Source: Gordius albopunctatus (lineage: Eukaryota). Taken from it: a stretch of DNA of 64,000 nucleotides. Under the pieces are notes generated by a model that worked only from the letters and a program-made list of their open reading frames with translations, made no database searches and was not told the origin of the DNA. This document shows, piece by piece, positions 1-12,480 of this stretch. The stretch is taken from positions 11,408,001-11,472,000 of the forward strand of contig OZ193909.1 of the NCBI GenBank assembly GCA_964276515.1, given 5' to 3'. Every line of letters starts with the position of its first letter. Position 1 is the stretch's first letter. Both the position numbers and the translations under genes were made by a program.

Positions 1-3000
1 CCCCTCGGACTAATTTTGCAAGATCGACATCTCCACAATTTTCTGTTATTAAGTTTACTTCTGCGAAGTTTTCGCCTTCTAACTCTTCGAATGTTAGGCC
101 ATCATTATCGTTTCCCAATCTTGATAATGTGTCCGGCAAGTGATTTGACTTACCTTTACGGTATTTTAAGGTTGCATTAAAATTTCCCAGCGCCAATAAC
201 CATTTTTGCAGCCTCGGACTTAACAATAGATCCCTATTGTCCTCTGCAAAAAGTGATACCAGCGGTTTGTGGTCGGTAAAAATATCGAAACTTCGACCAA
301 TTAAGTATTCACGGCAACGAGTCAAACTCACTACCACCGCCAAAGCTTCCTTTTCAATCAGTGAGTAATTAAGTTCGGCTTTGGAAAATTTCCGTGAAAA
401 GTATAGTATGGGGTGTTCTTCCTCACCGATTACATGTACTAGCACACCGCCTACACTTAGCTGTGACGCATCCACCGCTACTGCAAATGGTAGATCGGGA
501 ACAAAGCATGTCAGAACAGGACCTTTCGTTAAAATATTTTTTAACGCGTCGAACGCTTCCTGCTCTTTGGTCCGCCATACAAATTTTACTTTGTCCGTCG
601 TCTAAAGTATAAAGGTGCCGCTATCTCCGCGATGTTAGGCATAAACTTGTTGTAATAGTTCACCGACCCCAGAAAGGATAGTGTCTCTTATTCTGAGGTG
701 GTCGCATTTTAAGGATCAGATCCACTTTGCTTTGTAAAGGACGAACGACTCCATTACCCAATAGATGTCCCAAATATTTTAGTTCACTCACTCCTATGAC
801 ACATTTACTACGCTTTACCCGTAATCCTCGTTCCTGGATTGGTTCCAACACTGCCAACAAGTTATTATCGTGCTCCTTCATTGTAGCTCCCACTACAAGA
901 ACGTCGTCTGAGTAGTAAAACACACCAGAAAGACCCTGAAATATTGATGCTATGGTCTTCTGAAACACCGGCGCACTTAGGCTGAGACCGAAAGGCAGTC
1001 TTTTAAACGCGAACAAGCCTAAAGACGTATTTATTGTGGTCAACTTCGACGAGCAGTTATTTAACTTGATCTGGAGGTAAGCGTTAGCAAAGTCCAGCTT
1101 ACTAAAATATTTTGCACCTTTCAGATTTGCGAAGATCTCTTCTATTCTGGGTAGGGAGTACTTTATTTCTACTACCCACTGGTTATCAGAAACCCTGTAA
1201 TCCGCGCAAAGACGCAAGCTGCCGTCGGGCTTTTTGACGGGTACCAGTGGCGTAGACTATTCGCTATATTCCACCGGCTCGATTATCCCTTGCTCTACCC
1301 ATTGTAGCAAGATGGCTTCTACTTTCTCCCGCCAAACAAATGGTATTCATCTCGCTGGCCAAAACCTTGGTATAGCGTCTAGCTTCAGTAGGATATCATA
1401 CTCGTATCCCCTTAGGCATCCAAGTTCTTCTATAAAAATAGACTTGAACCTTTCCATCCTCCGCTGTAGACTTCCTGACCAACTATTCAGGGACCGGACT
1501 GCATCGCCACCACTCATAAGATTACGAGTGTCGGTAGAAGATGTCGATTGATCCTCCGACTCCACTTTTACCGATAGTCCGTTTATCTCGGCTCCGAGAG
1601 AGGTAGACTTTAGAGCCCAAGCCATAAATGGCATCCTTAAGGGGTTCTTACCTACTCCGCCGAAATCTTTTTCACCCTTTTCCTGTGATCCACTACATTG
1701 AATTTTCTTGCACAAGCCAAACCAATTGTTCAACGGCCCTATCACCTTAAGCCATTCCCACCCTAATATTGGTCTAAACTCGACGGACGTAATATACAAG
1801 GGCAATATTAATTTCTTACCTCCCACCTCTACCTCAGCCTTAATTTTTCCCACTATTTATATTTCGCCCCCGTCTACCTGCCTAGCCCTGATATTTGTTT
1901 TATCCCATTTCCGTTTAGGCCAGGTCGACATGAATCTTGTTACACTTATTAGCGATATGGTGGCTCCACTGTCTCCTAACCATTCAATTACCTTATTGTC
2001 TACTTTCAATTTAGTTAAGGGACGGCTACTTTGTGTCCAACCTTCAAAAAACATTTTAATTCCATTTACGTAATTATCCTCCTCTCTTCCCCGGTACCTT
2101 TATGTAGAGACCTGCACGGACGGCCCGAGGCTTTAAAATTCCGGGCCCGGCAATTTGTAAATTATAGGCCCGGCCCGGAATATATTATAAGAGCTTAAGT
2201 AGTCTTTTATTCTGTTTAAAACAATCTATAAAATTTCAAAAAATTAATTACAAGTTATTGAATCTATTAAACACTTATTTATTCATTTCGCGCTTTGTAT
2301 AATATAAAAACAATTAAGTATGGAACAAAAAAAATCTACTGCTAATAGCTGAAAATATTCATAAGGAATATTATAAAGTAAAAGAAAATCTCAGGGAAAA
2401 GAATGAAGTATGGTAAAGATTATAAGAAAATAGATTTTGTTTTTTGTAAGATTTGCAAGAATGTGTTATCCTATAATTCCTGCTCATTAGGTAATTATTT
2501 ATGTTAGTTTCTATAATGCTTAATATGGAACACTCATCTCCATAGGCATAAATGCTGTAAAGACGTCCAGGAAAAGAAAAATTGAACATTTATCTATGCA
2601 AGCTACTTAACAAATCTTACAAGCCCTGCAAAAATCAAAAAAGATCTCATATCCTCAATAGCCCATTTTTGTGGAATGGATATGGCATGAAACATCTTCT
2701 ATGAAGAAAGATGTAGAAGAAAATGAAGTTGACACCAACACAAAGTAAACGATCAACGAGAAAAAATCGAATTACCGGATTGGTGGAAAGACCACAGTGG
2801 TCATTTCCAGCGCTTAGCCCTCATGTTTGTAAGATTTTTTCGAAACATGCTTTTGCCTAGAGTGAGAGGTGTTTTCGTCAGCGGGCCGCATTTATGAAAA
2901 GCGAAGAAAAAATTTCAACACGGAAATTTTTGATGCCTTTGTTTTTTTGCATCAAAATAGTTTTATTAACGATTTATAATTTTTTTATATGCGTTTTATT

Positions 3001-3400
3001 ATTTAATAAAAAATGTTACCAGAATTAAGTTTGATTAAGTTTTTGCGATTACTAAAATTCCGGGCCAGGGTCGGGCTCGGGCCTTGTTTTAAAGATGCTA
3101 AAATTCGGACCCGGGCTTGGCCTGATTTTTTCCATTTTAAATTCCGGGCTCGGGCCGGGCCTTAAAAAAATCGATCTTGCAGGTCTCTACCTCTATGAAC
3201 ATTACTTTACGATTTACATCATTCTTCTCCCTTCGTATGTACATACACCTTACACATTTTTGCCTTAAAACAATGTTAGAGCTTAGTATACTCAAACTCC
3301 ATTGTACCACTCTCACCTCCGTGGCTTGTAAAAACTTTTCTGCCGCGGGCTTAATGCCCATCAGAGACCTAAATACCCGACCCCGTGCCAAATAAGATTC
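1..3400 (-). mobile_element. Degenerate Ty3/Gypsy (Mag-like) LTR retrotransposon: gag end, protease, RT, RNase H; continues off the left edge
   Basis: Minus-strand frames give protease WLGDSGATIS, RT (RLCADYR, YFSKLDFANAYLQI, RLPFGL, YSDD, KYLGH) and RNase H (VDAS, NYSLIEKEALA, FTDHKPL, RLQKW, NHLPDTLSR). It has stops and frameshifts and is interrupted by the hAT element at 2105-3189. Confidence 0.93.
2105..3189 (+). mobile_element. Internally deleted hAT DNA transposon inserted in the Gypsy element
   Basis: TIRs TAGAGACCTGCA/TGCAGGTCTCTA; 8-bp TSD CCTTTATG/CCTCTATG; GGCCCG subterminal repeats; hAT dimerization-domain remnant at about 2775-2960 (DWWKDH..., FSSAGRIYEKRR...DALVFLHQN). Confidence 0.9.
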
Positions 3401-3570
3401 AGTCTTAATGAGGTTTTTTTAGATAGTGTATTATTTTGTTGCTTTTTTATTTGAATGTATATGAAAATGCTATCAAGAAACTTTACCGTCCCCAAAATTC
3501 AGTTGCTATATCAGTTTATTTGATATAGCACTTCAAGTATAATCATAAATTATAATAAAAAATAAAATTA

Positions 3571-5537
3571 GGGGAGACCGGGGCTACTTTAGCCATAAAA
3601 AATTAAATCGCGTTCTGGAAAAAACTAAAAATTATTTTTCCAATTTTTTTGTTCGAATATATTTTTAAGGTCTATTTTTACAATAGGGAAAAAATTTGGA
3701 GGGAAATAAAACTCGGGCCTTTGGCGATCGTGGGAAGAGGGAGGGGGGAAGGGAAGGGGAAACGAAACTCATCTATACTCCGTATAAAAGTGGCATATTT
3801 GCTATGCAATTTATGGGCGAGAAACCCTATAGGGGGGTATTAAATGCAAAATGATTAGTAAATTATTTATACAAATTTTGCATCACTTTGGCCAGTGGTG
3901 ATCTTTTCTAATGGTTAGCAGACAACAAAATAACTAGCTCCTAAATATAATCAAGAAAAAAAATCGATTTTGATCTCACTTTGGCCAATGGTCATTTTTT
4001 CCATTGGTCAGTAGCCAACGGACGGGCAAAAAGTCATATTATTAATGGTATTAACAAGAACAATATATTAATTAAAAAATAAAAAAAAATTTGCCCTCGC
4101 CGGGATTCGAACCGACATCAGTAGAGGCATAAGCCTTTGTAGGGGCACAGGGACCCATATCAGTAGAGGCATAGACCCTTGTAGGGGGGCCATAGGGTAT
4201 TTATCAAAGTTAACCTAATAAAACAATTCAAAAACGAAAAAAAAATTTTCGAATCACAATTTGGCCAATGGTCATTTTTTCCATTGGTCAGTAGCCATAG
4301 GACGGTCAAAAAGTCATATTATTAATGGTATTAACAAGGACAATATATTAATTTAATTAAAAAAAATAAAAATTTTGTCCTCTCCACCAGCCTAGGTGAC
4401 AAGTAGTCATAGAAAGAAGAAAAAGAAGAAGATTTGGCTGTCTACTAATCATTAGAATAGATCACCACTGGCCAAAGTGATGCAAAATTTCTATAAATAA
4501 TTAACTAATCATTTTGCATTTAATACCGCCTATAGACATTCTCGCCCCTTCTCACCTTTCTCGCCTATAAATTGCATAGAAATTATGCTACGTTTATACG
4601 GAGTATAGATGACTCGTTCCCCCTTCCCACGAGGGCCGAAGGCCCGAGTTTTATTAATTGAATTTAAAAAAAAATTTGTCCTCTCCGGGTATCGAACCAG
4701 CAAGTCAGAACGTTGGAAGGACGGACAACGGACACCAAAAAGCGAGCCCATAAATTGCATAGCAATTAATAATAGTTTTCTCAAAAGATTAAGTTAAAAA
4801 AAACAAATATCCATAAAATTTCAAAAATGCCCGGGGCTAGTCATAGCCCATAGATTAACTCTGACGTTTTCACTTCTTATTAGTGTATGCTAACTCAAAT
4901 CAATAAAAAAATTGCTTCATTATAAAAAAATGTAGAAAATGCAAATGTAATATGATTGTATTTTATATAAAACAAATAAAAAGGGTCAAGATGACAATTT
5001 GACTTAAGAACACTTAAAAGACGAATTTAGCAACGGAAAAAAACTTTTAGGCGTTCTATTCCAAATAACACTAAGGTAGATTATTAAACAAAATTTTGTG
5101 TTTTTTTAAATCTTGTCATTTGTAAAACACAATAAAAAATGTCCGACAATAGCCCCTCTCCAACTAGCCCCGACCCCTATTTTCTTAAACAATTAATAAT
5201 TTAAGATGCTATATTGCATATAAAAATTTAATAATTAGACGGTTTTTATATAAAGAATCTCCCTTTATAAGATAAAAGTTAAATTAATCCAAAATATTCA
5301 GCCAAAAAATTTTATGCGCAAAATAAAAAATTTTGTAAAGGCTACTAATAGCCCCGAAAAATCATTTTTTCTCAATAAAAATTTTAAATTTTATTTTTTC
5401 TAAACAAAAAATTTTTTACTTATACCTGATGGAAAAATACACATATGGTTTAAATTTTAATTATATATCATTATTATTTTAAAAAATAATTAGAAAGATA
5501 ATAGTAACCCCGGGCTACGACTAGCCCCGGTCTCCCC
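3571..5537. mobile_element. Non-autonomous TIR DNA transposon with TA target duplication (Tc1/mariner-pogo type)
   Basis: TA|GGGGAGACCGGGGCTA ... TAGCCCCGGTCTCCCC|TA; internal TAGCCCC motifs; no ORF; carries a Helentron-like insertion. Confidence 0.85.
3708..4772 (-). mobile_element. Helentron/HINE (DINE-1-like) non-autonomous element with an internal inverted duplication of one terminus
   Basis: Subterminal IR TTGCTATGCAATTTATGG / CCATAAATTGCATAGCAA; GGAC repeats near one end; terminal GGGCC..GGCCC-type hairpin; same ends as 38803-40704. 3708-3925 recurs inverted at about 4437-4652. No TSD. Confidence 0.7.
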
Positions 5538-5834
5538 TACATATTTTTATATATTACAAACGAATACATATTTATTTATATTTAGTCCTTTCTAATATTA
5601 AATAAGCTGCTCATATGTTATAGACTAGAGGCAATTTGGTAAGGTTGTTGTAGAGGTGGTTTGCACAAATTCTAGCAACTTAAGGACCTAAAAAGTACAA
5701 AAAAATTAATTCCTTATAAACTGGGAGAAGCAACAAGTTGGACTGGCATTGCTCCAGCCAAAGTTATTCGAGGAGCAGTTGTAATGAGACACATTTTCAC
5801 AGAATTCAAATTAAAAAAATTCATGCGATGTATT

Positions 5835-6037
5835 TAGAGCCCTGCAAAATGAAAATTTTTCTGCCCGAGCCCGGCCCGACGTCTCAGTTTTTATTTTGCC
5901 CGAGCCCGAACGACTTCTATTTTTGGGCCCGACCCGATTTTTTAAATAAGAAATTCAAAAAAATTATTTTAAAATTTTTGAAAATTATTTCACCGTATAA
6001 ATACATATTCGGGTCGGGCGACCCGTGCAGGGCTCTA
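5835..6037. mobile_element. hAT MITE
   Basis: TIR TAGAGCCCTGCA/TGCAGGGCTCTA with a perfect 8-bp TSD GATGTATT; TIR nearly identical to that of 2105-3189. Confidence 0.92.
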
Positions 6038-6562
6038 GATGTATTACTGAGGCTGCCTTTTTATCTTTGGGGAATTGCAGAAATTTGACTCATGGTGCTA
6101 GAATTCTAACCAAACGGAAAGACGGATTTGTGTCTTAATTGTGTAAAAAATTATATAAATTTAAAATTGGAACTGGTACGCGAAAATCTCTGTTGTTTAA
6201 ATTATATGTTATGACATATCTCGTGCAAAATTTTGGGTAAATATAATTGGCCATCGTGAAGATGCAAAATCTAGAGGCTGTGCAGAAGCGATTGGAATAT
6301 TAGTTTGTAATTCACATGCGCCGTCTAGATATAATACAAAAGCGTCATGCCCAAATTCTACGATGCATGCAAGCGCATCTGTACATAAGACGACTGACCT
6401 GTTAGGCGACAACCAATTAGGTTATAGATTTATGTGCGATTCGAATGAACGCAACTAAAGAAAAAACCAAGTGATGAAAACCAATAAGGTTATTGGACAT
6501 ATTTGCACATAATGTTCATATAATAATTATGCCTTTTTTAAAACTAATTAAATCTTACACAC

Positions 6563-8235
6563 ATTGGCGTATAGAGAGGGTTGTTTTAAGGTTGTAACAC
6601 TACCCATGAGTTTCAAATAATATAATTTTTATATTGTATTTGCACACAAATATTACTGATAATTTTAATTTATAAATTATTTTGGAAGTGTTATTAAGTT
6701 TTTCGGAGCTTTTTCTATTTTTTATGCTCAAAATTTATAAATTCCATTCGAAATTTGAATTTTAGAAAAATAGCTCCCATCCCATTTCCGAAATTTTAAT
6801 ATGAAACGATATTCCATTTTTAACTACTTCTCTAACAAAATTAACTTTTCAAAGGAGAAAATTAGTAGCGAGGGTAATTTAAAAATTATTTTAATTCACT
6901 CTAGATTCTAGAATTTAGTTTAGAAAATGATAGTACTAATTTAGTAAGAGAAGAAGAGGAACAGGTTAACCAAACAGTGACGATTAGAGATCAAGGTGAT
7001 AAATAAATTATATAAGCTAAATATAGAATCTAGTTTGTTAAAAAATGATTGTATTAATTCTGTAAGAGTATAAGAATAAGAGGATAATCAAACATCAATC
7101 ACGATTAGAGATCAAGGTAATTTACTCTTTGTTCAAACTCACTCTATCTAGAATTTAGTTTTTTAGAAAATGATAGTAGTACTAATTCTGTAAGACGACA
7201 AGAAGAGAAAAAGGATAATCAAACACTAACAATTGGTGATCAGGGTAATTTACTATTTGTTCAAACTCACTCTAGATTGTAGAATTTAGTTTTTTAGAAA
7301 ATGATAGGATTTTATAACGTCGCCGAAAAATTAAATCTTTTAAACTCTGTATTGCTCTCTTTGTCAACCAATCTAAAATCATCTAAATTAACAACACTTT
7401 GTGAAACAAGGTGGACCCAAAAACATAATGCTATTAAGGGATTTTATGAATTTAAAGAAGCGATTTTTACTACACTCGAAAAGATTTGTGAATAGGATGG
7501 TGTAGAATCATCATCGAATGCAATTGAAACAAGGCCAATTTTGCTTGTCTCTTTATATGTTTTTCCTATACAATACATCTAAGCAACTATTTGCAAACAA
7601 TTAGCATTGATCTATCACAGGCAATGTACGCCGCTTAAAATGCTATTTGCCAAATCAAAAAATTGCGTAAAAATTCAGAAGAGGGGTTTCAAACTATTTT
7701 TACCAATTTTTCAAAATTTGGAAAGATTCATGATTTTTTCATCACTATTCCTAGAAGGATGTCCCTTCAAACATTAAGTTCAAATATAGAGACAACATGC
7801 CACGAAGCCTATTACAGGATCTCATTGTATAACCCTTTTTTGGATTATGTTTTAGCTGAATTAGAAGAACGATTCACTAAAAACCAACAAATACTTATGA
7901 GATTTGATACCCTCTTTAGCTCACCCCTCAAATATTAAATAATTTTTTAATATTAGCTAAATTTTATGAAGATGATCTTGAAGGATCATAAATGTAGTTT
8001 AATCCGATATTAAATCGTGGTTTTCATCCTTTAAAAACTCCAATTTAGAAATATTACGTAGGAATGCATTGGATACCTTATCTAATCATGCCTCCAAACT
8101 AGATCTTTATTCTAATATTAAAATTCTTTACCATATATTAGTAACCTTACATGTGACAACCTGCTCTAATGAGCGGTGTTTTAGTGCTAAAAAGACTTAA
8201 AACATATCTTATAAGCCCAATTGGGCAAGAAAGGT
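6563..8235 (+). mobile_element. Degenerate hAT transposase element, right end lost
   Basis: CATTGGCGTA TIR-like start; transposase fragments LCETRW, YYRISLYNPFLDYVLAELEERF, TTCSNERCFS and LKTYL; imperfect internal tandem duplications at about 6890-7300. Confidence 0.8.
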
Positions 8236-8689
8236 AAACTAAATGGTTTTATTAATTTTTAATTTCAGGCTTACCGGATTAACTGCCCGACCCGAACACG
8301 GGTAACTGTCCTAAATTTTTATTTTCGGGCGGGCACGAAGATAGGATTCGGGCAATTTGGGCTTAATGAGATTTTGTTACTTTTTATTTGATTGCATATT
8401 TAAATGCTAAAAAAGATAAGAAAATTGAATTCGCCATACGTCCCCAAGTTATTTTTACAATTTTTGCCCGCACCCCTCTATTTCCATCAAGTCCCTAGCT
8501 AGGTTTATGGAAAGGATGAAAATATTTTTTTATTTGGCCCTTTCATTGTCCTTAATTCACATGTGCCGTCCATACATGGTACAAAAAACGTTCTAACATG
8601 TTTCTCCCTAAATATATTAGCAATTAACCTATTACAATATTATGACATAGTGCGGTTTCAGTGCTAACTGGTCAAATTTTTTAGAAAGA

Positions 8690-9087
8690 CCAAATACTAA
8701 CTTTTTTAGCCCTATTAGGATTAAAAATTTCTTTTGAAAAAATCATTCACTTTTAAATAATATAGGAAATTAGATTTTATTTGTGATAATAAAATATTGC
8801 ATATTTTTCATAAAAAACATCTTTTTATTGATTTGAGTTAGCATATATTAATAAGTGATTTGTAAGGGTTAATCTATCCCCCAAAAAGGGCTATGACAAG
8901 CCCTGGGCACTTTATTTTTGCTTTTTTTAAACTTTGTTTCTGAGAAGACTAATTTGCCCCTTCAAATTTTTTTCCTATAGTAAAAATAGGCCTGAAATAT
9001 GTTATAACAAAAAATTTGAAAAAATAATTTTTAGTTTTTTTTTAACAATTTAATTTTTTGTGGCTATTTAGTCCCCGGTTTCCCCCC
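8690..9087 (-). mobile_element. Diverged inverted copy of the 3571-5537 TA-element family, without the Helentron insertion
   Basis: The reverse complement aligns by eye to 3571-3707 joined directly to 4773-4920; TIR remnant CCCCGGTTTCCCC at about 9072-9087. Confidence 0.7.
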
Positions 9088-10850
9088 ATCTCTTCTCTTA
9101 TTATAACGTACACAAATCATATAATAATTCACAGCAGACCCTTTGATGGATTTAGAAGAGTTTAAGGCTTTACTTGAATTAATGCAATAATGGAAACTCT
9201 ATAATCAAATCACCAAAACTTAGATTTATGGGTACAAGATGGATATGGGATTAAAATTTTAAGAGGTTATGCCAGTCAATCACACGAGATGAGAGAAAGG
9301 TTTATGACAAGGAACACACATTAAGCAGATTTGCAATTTGTTTGATAAATTTAATGCTGCTTCTCACCTAGTCAATGTCATTGAAATGCTTCCTTCTTTT
9401 TGTGATAAATGTCAATTCAAGCAATCCAAATAAGGCATAAAAATATATTCATTGGTAGATGCCAAAACTTTCTAACAAATGTAGAAATAACAGCCTTTTG
9501 ATGTGGTGTGCATTTATTAAGTTAATCTCCAAATCTAATAAAATGTGACAATCGATTCACCAGCTATAAACATTGTTTACAAACTAGGCACTCTAAAAAC
9601 CAAAAGGTTAATTAGAATGGATTTTTGCCAAAGAGAGCAACCTGTATTGTCAACAAAATTTGGTTTTCAAGAGTATTTAACCATATCATATATAACAATT
9701 ATGCGCAATATTATTATCCTCTTTACATCACAACAACAAAATTGATCTAGCAACACGAAATGCTTTAAAGCCAGAAATTATTTCTTTCTAAAACATGACA
9801 AAAGGGGGAGTTGATGTGGTTGATTAACTCTGTTCAACTATAATATTGTATCAATATAACATTGGTAAAAAATTAAGTAGCAAAAGGGTTAACAAAACAT
9901 TTTATGGAATCTAGATTAAAAAATAAACTACAACTCTGCAGATAAATTAGGAATGACCTTAAAAAAATTTAGGATATTGAGGAAATATGTTCCAAAGCCC
10001 TTAAAAGAGCTTGATGTTCTTTTTGTCCAAGGATCCAAGGTTATCCTGAACATAGTGCTGACAATTGGTGTGTTCTAGCCATATGAATATGTCAAATATC
10101 TCTATTGAACATACTTTTAATGAAAATTATGCTTATTTTAAAATATATGATGTCAAGAGGTAAGTCTATAAACAGATCTTTACAAAAATATCTACCATAA
10201 ATCTAAAAACAATGACTAAAATTTGAAGGGTTTCTACATTTTTTTAAAAGTTGCCTAAAGTTAAAAATAGATTAAAATATACCACATAAATGTTTTCATG
10301 TTCAGAAATGTTTTAATTGTATCTCTTATGCAATCCAGACTAAGTGTTGATGAAAAAGTACATTGCATAGATTTTAGAATTGGCCTGACCTGAGGTGCAT
10401 AAAAAAGTTAAGGTCAGACCAACCTCCAAAAAAATGGCACATTGCATACATGGTTGATATAGAGTGAAAAGCAAAATTAGAATTCTTACAATCTTAAAAT
10501 TACAGCAAATTCAACTTATAGGTCCTCTTGCCCCACTAAACAAGTTTTGTAACACCAAAGAAAGTCTATTCAATTTTATTGCGTGCTAAAATAATACTAA
10601 TAAATTTTTTATGGGGACATAGGAAGTAAGGAACTGAATAAGTTTTGAAACAATTATTTGTTAAAAATTTGATTAATATCAAAAACACCCTTCACTGATT
10701 GTAAAAATTTGTTTAAGCTAAAAACAAATATATAGCTCATATTTTGTTTGAATTAAGTAATTCAAATGAAATATATTTTTTTATTACATATAATATATTT
10801 TCTTTGAAGCAAAACATTTTATAAATAATTATCGATATTTTTTGAGTTCT

Positions 10851-11366
10851 TTATTTCAGTTCCTTAACTTGTAGTCCTAAATAAATGAATATTAGAATTA
10901 GTAATAAAATCATTATCAGATTATTATTAAATCACAGTGTCATCATAAGAGGTGTAAGGGGTTCATCATTTAGAATTTTATTACCTGGTGGCAAGCTCTG
11001 CTTTAATTTGTCGGCTTTTTCTTTATCAACAACCGTTAAGGTGTATAAGAAGCGACTGCATCTAACCTTAAACTTCGTCTGTTCACCATTCTTTTTAATC
11101 TTCACAGCTAATAAAATAAAATTTATATTAATATATTGGTGACTTTAATTCTAAAAAAAATCAAAGTGGATATAATTAAATTCTGATATCCAAGGTATTT
11201 TAGCACTTAATAACATAATTATAAAGTGACTCTAACCTTGTTACTTATATATATAAATTGAAATACCTTTAGCATCCTTTCTTCGTGCTTTTATCAAAAA
11301 GTCTTTAATTTCTTTGATTTCTCTAGGCTATAGTTATGATTAAAGTCGAAAAAATAATTTTACCAT
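10851..11366 (-). CDS. RPL38: 60S ribosomal protein L38 (eL38), 4 coding exons: 11366-11364, 11327-11267, 11107-10985, 10876-10851
   Basis: Spliced translation [70 protein letters not shown] (70 aa); all introns GT-AG with consistent phases; pyrimidine-rich tract upstream of the ATG. Confidence 0.97.
10911..10974 (-). ncRNA. Candidate box C/D snoRNA in RPL38 intron 3 (SNORD60/snR48-like guide)
   Basis: Box C ATGATGA (10969-10963); guide ACACCTCTT directly before a D' box ATGA; box D CTGA (10919-10916). The guide is complementary to the conserved LSU segment AAGAGGUGU(CAGAAAAG), recalled from memory. Confidence 0.7.
11123..11241 (-). ncRNA. Candidate box H/ACA snoRNA in RPL38 intron 2
   Basis: Hairpin 1: CAAGGT/ACCTTG lower stem, TAGAGT/CTAAAAT pocket, CACTT/AAGTG upper stem, H box ATATCA 14 nt from the pocket top. 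Hairpin 2: TATCCA/GTCACCAA pocket and an ATA (ACA variant) about 15 nt from the pocket top. Confidence 0.7.
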
Positions 11367-11884
11367 TAAAAGGCCGGAAAATAAATTTCGGGTGTTTCTA
11401 TATTGCGATGCTATAATTATAAATCCGAGTGACTAATTTTTCATTAAATATTTCGCGAAGTTGCTTTTAATACCTACATACTAAGAAAATTACTTGTAGA
11501 ATAAATATTAGAAAACTTTTAGGTGTCAAATTCTTATTAGATTATTGCGAATAGATATGTTAATTTGTGAACTTTACTCAAAAAACATTAAGGTCCCTTG
11601 AGTTATAAATATATAATTATAAAAAGTAGAATTCACAATTAGAAATCTCCTAATTTTGGTTTTCTTAATTTAATATCCTTAATTCTTAAAATTTATCATA
11701 TAAAAATTTTGTCTTTTTATAAAAATACATAAATTGATCTTTATTACTGATCAGGCCCATTACAACTAAATATGGGTTTGAATGTAATCTGTTCAAAAAG
11801 GCTTTTGGATCTGCAAATATTTAAAAACAATGATAATTTGTATTTAGGAATTATATCTATTTGATGTATTAATTTTAGTTTAAT

Positions 11885-12480
11885 CTCGTGGGTGCGGATG
11901 TTATATCAACCCGTCGCTTGCTGAGGGTGTCAGCAACTTCTCGGCATTTTGCAGTCATCGTTCCAACATTTAGCGAGCCCACTCTCAATCTCGTCCTTAG
12001 CAAACTAGTTTCTTTAACTACATCCGTTTGCGGAAGATGTAGTGACCCTCATTGACTTTTCCCATGATACGGGCGCCTACCATGCGCGTCGTTTACGGAG
12101 GACGCCCTAGCGCTTTCATTACTTTAATTATTACGAACTTTCATAGCATAAATTTTGGTTTATATGGAATGAGGGAGTATTGATATCCCGGCTTTCCATG
12201 ACTGATGGAACTATGTTAGATTTTGGCGCTTGACTACCTACTATTCTTTATGATGGTGTCATTTTGGTGAATTAAACTTTTCTTTAGACCACTCGTATTG
12301 ATAGGCTTAATCTAGCACTTCCATTTCACTAGTACTCCCTTCACCAAGAACCTGCCAATAGGGTGACCCCACCAGTAACAAACACAAAAAGTGTGTTTGG
12401 CTACCAAAGGTATAGCTTCTTGGATCACGAGAGTACACAAGCTCAACCACCACTACAAGGTATTTCTGGCTCAGTTGAGC
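11885..12480 (-). mobile_element. 5' end of an RTE-clade LINE (5'UTR plus start of the APE endonuclease), 3'-truncated
   Basis: Minus frame LRVGSLNVGTMTAKCREVADTLSKRRVDI matches the RTE endonuclease N-terminus; it is preceded by a GC-richer leader of about 480 nt. Confidence 0.75.

Noticed and set aside
9130..10560. Possible decayed coding sequence
   Set aside because: No family motif or consistent exon chain could be read.
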